From the NCBI RefSeq assembly GCF_036321535.1, contig NC_087437.1:34288001-34352000 (forward strand): 64,000 nt of DNA, given 5' to 3'. The DNA is from Camelus dromedarius. Its lineage: Eukaryota. The notes under the pieces are model-generated. The model was not told the DNA's origin and made no database searches. It was given only the letters and a program-made list of their open reading frames with translations. Shown here piece by piece: positions 56,701 to 64,000 of this stretch (the first letter of the stretch is position 1; every line of letters starts with the position of its first letter). The position numbers and the translations under genes are program-made.

Positions 56701-57296
56701 CTGAGAGGGAGGCACTTGCTGGACTCACACTGCTGCCTGTCACCTAGACCAACCCAGTGGCCGAACCTAATGGCCCTTCCAGGTGAAAGGGTTTGGGAAC
56801 AAACAGAGAGGAGAAATAGCAGTGAACGGTAAATGAACAAATAATTGAGTTATACAATGAGAGAGTTCCAATATTAATGCTTGGAAGGAAGCTCGGAGCA
56901 AGAAATGATATTGTCCCTTAGCTCAATTGTACCAAATGCCTGAAAGAGTGAAGTTATACATTGCTGAGACCACTCCTGCTTTTGAATCGGACAAGACGGT
57001 CATAAGGTATGATGATGGACTGGGTTGGTTATCAGAGACTGGATGGGACCCCAGGCAATGTGTCAGTATCTTTGACTCTTATTTCTCAGGTTACAGCTAC
57101 CATAACGTGCTGTGCTATAATACTGGCATAATTGGAAAGAAAATGCCGATACTGACAATCAGGTTATTGGGAAATTGAGCTCAAGGCTTCCTATCCTTAC
57201 CCCACATTGACTCCTCCAAATGTCGCTGTATCTGTTACGCTCAGTTAGGTATGTTCCTTTTGATCCCGTAATCAAAGACCAGGGAGTGGCCTAGGA
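53780..57296 (+). mobile_element. Decayed ERVL-class internal region with RNase H and integrase relics
   Basis: ~55400-55470 WFMDGSFNMNRQHSVWK (RNase H W.TDGS motif). ~55560 VANDLAMWSG. 55736-55900 zinc-finger-like WVCETSAHCGAEALQKWA..C. ~55990 GLTGTDTDSGLGFAY (integrase core). The 5' boundary is approximate. Confidence 0.75.
55080..55152 (+). mobile_element. Short L1 3' end inserted in the ERVL relic
   Basis: tgtacaccagaaactaatacaacattgtaaatcaactatacttcaattaaaaaa. Confidence 0.75.
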
Positions 57297-58055
57297 TGTA
57301 ATAAAGAATGTATCTGGTCTTGGGGAGAGGGGCTGGTACAGGGGTTCCTAAACCCCTGGAATTTCCTGAGTAAAAGGAGTATCTTTGATATGTTAATGAC
57401 CAGTGCGCTTGCACGTATGTTTGTGCGTGTGCATGTGTGTGTGTGTGTGTGTGTATGAAAGAGGGGGCCTAGAGAGCTTCAAGATGAAGGCTAGTCACCA
57501 GAAAAGCCACATGATTAGAGGGTTAAAATCTACCACCTGACCTCCAGGGAGAGGAAGAAAGCTGGAGATTGAGTTCAGTGACACAGCCGATGATTTAATC
57601 AACTGTGCCTCTGTAACAAAGCCCTAGTACAAAATTCAGGACAGCAAGGCCATGGGGAGCTTCTAGCTGGTGAGCACATGGGTGTGCTAGGAGGGTGATG
57701 GGTCTGGAAGCTTCTGTTTGCCACTCCCCCAGGCCTCTCCTTTCTCCTAGACTGTGCTCTATGCAGTTCTGCCATTTGGCTGTTTCTGAGCTGTATCTTT
57801 TATAATAAGATTGTAATAGAAAACGTTTCAGTGAGTTTGGTGAGTCATTCTAGTGAATTATCAAACCTAAAGGGGAATGGGAGGAACCCTCAAATTTGCA
57901 GCCAAGCCAGACAGGTGTGGATATCCCGGGGTCCCCACTAGTGACTGGCTACTGAAATAAGGGCAGTCTAATTGAGGATCTTGTCCTTTAACTAGTGGGA
58001 CCTACACTAACTCTGGGTGGTGTCAGAATTGAATTGTACGACACCTAGTTGGTTA
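57297..58055 (+). mobile_element. MER21-like LTR with an internal (GT)n microsatellite
   Basis: ttcctaaacccctggaatttcctgagt...atgattagagggtt...ctgacctccagggagagg...tgtcagaattgaattgta matches the recalled MER21B/C consensus. Confidence 0.8.
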
Positions 58056-58196
58056 TTACAGAATTGTTGCTAGAATGCTGACATATTTCATTATATTTTT
58101 TGACTTTTTAAATCATAGTAAAATAAACATAAAACTTATCCTTTTAACCATTTTTGTTTTTAAATTTTTTATTGTAATATAACATAATATAGAAAA

Positions 58197-58197
58197 C

Positions 58198-58229
<32 letters not shown>

Positions 58230-58245
58230 AACAGACAGACAGACA
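58197..58245. repeat. Compound microsatellite (TA)n(GA)n(GACA)n
   Basis: Read directly. Confidence 0.9.
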
Positions 58246-58704
58246 AGTACAACTTATAAGTAAACTGCTCAATCCTATTTCTCAAACTGAATACACCTTT
58301 GTATCCAGCATCTGGATGAAGAACATTCTAATATTCCAGAAAAAAAAAGAAATATGTTGAAAAGACAGGAATATTTTCATTTAAAAAGACTAGATACATT
58401 AATTAAAATGGGGAGAGAGGTAATCACTTTCCTATGCATATATACATACACCCACTCTATAATACATCACTTCCAACAATGGCTTCATGGAAGAATTCTA
58501 AGGATTGTGTTAACTTTAAAAAGCTTTTATGGTAATAATTTGAGGATATACTGAATTAAGGCTAGTCAAACAGGTTGATCATTTAAGGAGACTTTCACAA
58601 ATTCAGACTCTAGGGTCCAGTGCCTGAACATTCTCAGGTCAGAAGAGGAAGGAGGAAAATACTTCTTGCCCATTCTAGATGTATTTCTAAAATTACGATA
58701 AAAT

Positions 58705-59155
58705 AGAGATAATGAAATTTACCACTTTAACCATTTTCAAGTGTCATTAAGTTCCATGTCATTAAGTACATTCACAATATTGGGCAACAATCACCACCAT
58801 CCATTTCCAGAACTCATTCACGCCAGACAGGAAATCTGTACTTACAAACAACAGCTCCCCAGTTCCCCCTCCTGATAGGCCCTGGCAACTACTGTTCTCC
58901 TTTCTGTCTCAGTGAACCTGCCTACTCTAGGTACCTCATGTAAGTGGGATCAGACAATTTTTGACCTTTTGTGTTTGGCTTAGTTCACTTAGCATGTATT
59001 TTTAAGATTCATCCATGTTGTAGCATGTATCAGAATTTTATTCTTTTTTAAGGCTGAATGATATTCCACTGTGTGTTTATCCATTCATCTGTTGATGAAC
59101 ATCTTTTTTTTGTCCACCATTTTGCTATTGTGAACAATGCTGCTATGAACATTGC
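58705..59155 (-). mobile_element. L1 3' fragment
   Basis: ttaagtacattcacaatattgggcaacaatcaccaccatccatttccagaac...ttcatccatgttgtagcatgt. Confidence 0.85.
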
Positions 59156-59308
59156 AAGTTCATATATTTTCATAAATATTTTATATATATTATAAATATA
59201 TTTTCATGAATCAATCTTCATTTTTTTTGTTGTATAAACTTTTAGAGCACTTTAAAATTTAGAGGTCAAATAGAAATTAATAATAAGACATTTTAAAGAA
59301 TCCTGTGT

Positions 59309-59314
59309 TTTATT
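59309..59314 (-). promoter_or_regulatory. Candidate IFT80 polyadenylation signal (AATAAA on the minus strand)
   Basis: tttatt on the + strand, ~310 nt past the IFT80 stop codon. Confidence 0.45.
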
Positions 59315-59620
59315 ATCAGCATTAATATTTGTTCATACTGAACATTCAAGGATAAAATAATGGACAGAAAACTAGAATGTAAGCCTCACTACACAGCTGT
59401 ATCAGAAGCATATAAGAATGTTTTGCTAATTATTGAACTAAAATATAAAAGATGAAATTACATCAATTATTTTGTGCTTAGTCTTTCTGAATATACTTTT
59501 GGTATTAAATACACATTAAATGCTTACACTTAAAGATTCTTTAACAATGAAAACATGCTTATCCTTGGTTAATCAGAATTAATTTCATAAGGTAAAACTT
59601 CTTAAGGGTAAGCATGGCAT

Positions 59621-59731
59621 TTAGTACTTTAGACCAAAATTCTTGCTGGGCTGGCTGCTTGATGATCGCTCTCGTTCTTTAGTAATTTCCATCTCAATTT
59701 TAGCTTTGATTTTCTCCCAGTCTATTTGGAG
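59621..59731 (-). CDS. IFT80: Last coding exon of intraflagellar transport protein 80; upstream exons lie beyond the window end
   Basis: The minus strand reads polypyrimidine tract ttcttcttttcttctactgcag | CTC CAA ATA GAC TGG..., giving [36 protein letters not shown] (111 nt, phase 0). This matches the recalled IFT80 C-terminus [36 protein letters not shown]. Confidence 0.95.
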   Translation of the reverse strand, partial: LQIDWEKIKAKIEMEITKERERSSSSQPSKNFGLKY

Positions 59732-61589
59732 CTGCAGTAGAAGAAAAGAAGAAACATGCTTATATAGTATATGGCATTTTTGTTTAATACAAAGTAACCA
59801 AGAGTAAACAAAAATAGAATGTACGACTTCCAAAACATTGGAGAAAAAGAGGGCAGGAAAGAAAAGTTAAGAGGAAATAATGTTCCCCCAAAATTAAATA
59901 GCATTAAGACTATTAGACCTAAAAGAACAATTATCACAATAAAAAGCAAAGACTCTCACTGTGATACAACAGACCCAAACCTAGCTATTTATAAAAGGCA
60001 CATTGCAACAGTCCCATGGAGCCTGAAGATTCTGCTCTGGTGCCTCAGGGACAGAAAGAGGTGGACTGCTCTTCTTCAAACAATAAAGAAAATGGTCAGG
60101 TTCTGGCCATCAGGCCATGTTTCAAATGGATCCGCTCTTCTCTGCTTATATACTGAGGTTTCCACCAGAAGCCTAGTTAGGAAGAAAGATAGGGAAGCAC
60201 TTGCTTCCCCAGAGCATACTCTGCAACGTGGCTCCTTTGCAACAACTCTTAAAACAATATGAAGACATAGTGATAAGACAATGATGAAATGATATTAGAG
60301 GCAGTAGTGGGAAAACAAGGCTGAGAGACACAGAAAAAGAATAATTGAAAAGTGATACTATTTTTATGTTTCCAGCCAACCACCTGACCCCCCACAACCC
60401 AGCCCTGCCCCTTCCCTAAATCATTAGACTTGCATTAGGAACAGACTCTGCCCTGAGTTCTAGAAACAATTTGTTTAGGAAAAAGCATTCTACTGTTTTA
60501 AAAAGGTCTAGAGATCACTAACTTAGAAATGTGTGTCCTCTCAGGCAAGACATGGGAAAAAAAATGGGTCCTAGGTTAAACTAACTCTGATTTACTACGA
60601 AATAAACCCAAACTCCTGAGACGGAGCCAAAAGTGAATTAGGTTTTCGCCTCCATGTAGGCGAGCTGAGCAGAATAAGAAGCACTAAAGCAGGCTGAGGC
60701 ACTGCCTGCTGCTTGAGCGGATTTATCTTAAGTAACTGAGGCTAATTTAACCTTAACAGGACTTCATGCCTCTTTTAGTCTGTGCTGGAAGTAGGTGGAA
60801 TTAAGTATTCGGTTCTTTTTTTATTCCAATATCCCTTCTCTAAATTTCTGTGAAGTAATTTGTGGATATTTTTGGCCACCTTTTTTAAAGATAACTTTTC
60901 CATATACTTGTCTATAATACATAAAATAGATAAATTAAAAGAATCCCTCTTACTCATAGAAGATGAATGTCTGTGCTAAGATGCAAGTGACAGCTCGTCG
61001 GAAGGCAGAGCAAACGTTAAGATTATTTTAAAGTCTCATTTTTCAATCAGGCCAGAACTTGATATTTTTTTAATGGCGAAACACTCATCTAAGAAAACAT
61101 TTGCAAGGACAAAGACAAAGCTTGATGAATGCCTTGGCCTTCTTCCAGCCTTAAATTGGCTTACATATGTTTCTCGAATCCATCACAATAAAACCATATA
61201 TTGATGATACAAACTGTTGCTCTGCCGCACCAGAAGAGCATCAAGTAGACTGATGACATCTGTATTAGTTACTTGTTACCACGGGTGTCAGCGGACAGTT
61301 ATCCTACTGAAAATAAATGCTTCACTTGTACTCTGGCATTTGTCCAGTTTTAGAACAATGTTCCACTCATAATTCAGTCTTTGGAATAGGGTATTTTCAA
61401 TCATGGGTTTTAGGTAAGGATGTACTCATGACAGCTGTTAAGTGACTTCTAGGCTAAAACACAGCCTTTTCCACTCGAGGCAGTGTTAATACTATTTGGC
61501 ACTTCTTATTCTAGTCCGTAGTCAGTCAGTTCTTATTCACAGAGAAGGAATTTCAAAATCATAACAAATGGTTCTCCATCTTCTACCCC

Positions 61590-63765
61590 ATCTCTCTTAC
61601 ACTCAACTGAAAATCAGCTTCCTAATTTATGGAGAATACAGTGGCCATGAGGCATGAATTCACTTAATTTCCTTCCTTTCACAAGTCAGTACATCTATAT
61701 CCACCCTTATCTCTCTCCCGTCTGTCTCAGGCCAACTTGATCTCATCTTCGTCTCCTCTAGGACAGCTGCCCTCAATTATTGCCTACCTATTCCAACTTC
61801 CTTCTCCTCAATGGCTGCTCCTCCTCATCCCTCCCCCCCATCCTCTCTCCCTACCAGCTACCACCCTCATTCTACTTTTCATCCCCCACTCTCCTCCTCC
61901 TCCCAGACCACTGTAACATCACTGTTTCCATTACGCTTCAGAAACTTTTCACTACCACCACCACCAAGTGTTTTAATTCCTGCTCCTACATTCCTTCTCT
62001 GTATGACTCAGTTACTCCTTCCACAAGTATTCCACGCTCACCATTTGCCGAGGATTGTTCTCAGCACAGGGATTTGGCAGTGAACAAAAAAATAAAAATC
62101 ACTGTCTTCACAGAGAGATAAACAAAGATAAATAATAGTGGTAAAAGTATGGGAAACAGGGGAGGGAGACAATGTCAGGGATAGTGGTGTATTTCAAACA
62201 GAGTGAAGATCAGAGAAGGCCTCCCTGAGAAGCTGCTGTGAAGGCCTGAAGGAGATGAGTCAGAGACTCCATGTTGACAGAGGGAAGAAAAAGGCCCTGA
62301 TGGAGGAGTACTCCCTGGGCCCCGCCGACCACTGCTCTTTGAAAAATCTCTCTCCGTATAGCATTGCTCTCTTCTGGTTTCTGCTCTCCTTTCTAAATGT
62401 CCTCAGTCTTTTTTTTTTCCCCTCTTTTTCTCCTATATTCTTCCCCTAGGTAACTTCTTAACTGTTAGTCTTAGAGTTCCAACCAGCTTTTTCATACTTT
62501 CCCTAGATTTCTTCAACTATACCTGGATGATCATGACCATAAATTTATTTATCTAGCCCCAATTCTTCCTTCATCAATACACTTCGATATTCACTTTGAT
62601 ATTTCCAACTGCCCACCAGATATCTCCACCTAGATAGGGTCCACCCCACAGAGACTTCAAACTCACGTATTCAAACTCTAAAGGTCCAAAACTTGTATGT
62701 TCTCATGTTCCTCTACCAGTCACCCACACTAGAAAAGCTGAAGTTGTTCTCAAGTGCCTGGCCTTACCTCACCACGTCTCTTTCCACCCCCAACCACAAT
62801 GTTTTACTAATTTTACTGCTGATTTTTTCTTACATGAAATCTACCCTTTCCATCTCCTGGTGAGACTATTATAGGAGCCTCCTAGTCACCACCCTCACCT
62901 CCGATCTATCAGAAGTTATCTTTCAAGTCATTCCCTTGACTACAAACCCCCAAGTCTCCTCACTGCCTCTATTACAAAGCCTAGTAAGACTTCAATGTCT
63001 GGTCCCACCAATATTCCAGCCACCCAGGACCCAGGACCCAGAGCAGTCCCTTTGTACACCTTCACCATTCTTTCAAGATCCCATGCATCTGCTCTTATTA
63101 TTATTTCCTTTAACTGACTGACAAAATCCTACTCAAGATAATTTTGTGGAATAACTAAATAAAACTAAATAAAAACTAAAAATACTAAGAATACAACTTC
63201 CAAAGAGGGAAAAAAAGAGATAATTTTGTGGAAAATTCTAAGTCTCTGTTCCTATTCAGGAACTGGGATTTTAAAAGGGAAAATCGATCATGTTACTTCC
63301 ATTCAACAGCTTTATGATAATCTTAGGATAAATCCAATACACCTAACTTGCCCTATGAAACCCTCAAGTCCATCTCCCTTTTGCTCATTACTCCTTCCCA
63401 CCTCAGAGCCTTCCCTCTGCTTAGAACATGTCCATCCCCATGCCCCACCCCACCCTCAGTCAGCTTCTACTCTTCATCCTTTAGAACTCAGCTCAAATAT
63501 CATTTGCTTTGCTTAGAAAAATCTCTGCTGATGCCCCCTACCCTAGGTCAGGTTCCCCATTCATAAAGTCGTATGGCACTATGTATACTACCTTCAGGGC
63601 AATAATCATAACTGAAACGAACAATTAACTGGATAATTAACTGTCACCTCCATTTGAATATGTTTCATGAGGGTAAATGTCTGCCATGTTTATTATTATA
63701 GCCCAAGCACCAAGGAGAATAAATTGTCTGCAGGAGGCACTCAATAAATACTGAATGAATAAAAG
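61590..63765. mobile_element. Fragmented L2 LINE region
   Basis: Pyrimidine-rich L2-like tracts ending aggcactcaataaatactgaatgaataaa. Confidence 0.6.
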
Positions 63766-64000
63766 GTAACTAACTACCCAGCAAATGAGCTACCACTTAA
63801 CAATCTCTCACTGTTTTTCACTCTTTTTTTTCCTTTCTTATAGCGCAATGCCTTAAACATTTCCTGGCTCTTCTATGTTCTTCTTGCACAGAGCATATAT
63901 TCAATAGATTGAATGTATTCCTCAAGTGGATTTTATTTGCCAGACTCATACATTACTTTACAAATACTTACTGAACACCATTGTAGACCAAGTACAACGA

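Noticed and set aside
59621..59833. 70-aa ORF as a standalone gene
   Set aside because: Only the last 36 codons are IFT80 exon; the N-terminal part is intron read-through

Overview
Mammalian genomic DNA, very probably camelid: it carries eight copies of a tRNA-derived SINE of the Vic-1 type and camelid-type L1 tails. The window is syntenic to the human 3q25 IL12A-C3orf80-IFT80 interval. Intact coding sequence is limited to the single-exon C3orf80 gene in a CpG island (38585-39322, +) and the last coding exon of IFT80 (59621-59731, -). The rest is mostly TE-rich non-coding DNA (L1, L2, MIR, MLT1, hAT elements, solo LTRs, a decayed ERVL-type provirus). Three less obvious structures stand out. 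(1) A chain of splice-site-bounded, stop-interrupted exon relics at about 1-9.2 kb (+) that translate into RUN-domain-like motifs, a candidate unannotated unitary pseudogene. (2) A 5'-truncated, TSD-flanked processed MKI67 (Ki-67) fossil at 43211-46685 (-) whose repeats have a ~60-codon unit rather than the 122-aa human unit. (3) A TSD-flanked insertion at 34227-34685 in which a tiny L1 3' end appears to have transduced a 306-bp telomere-variant 18-mer array. Gene and TE family names come from recalled sequences, not from database searches.
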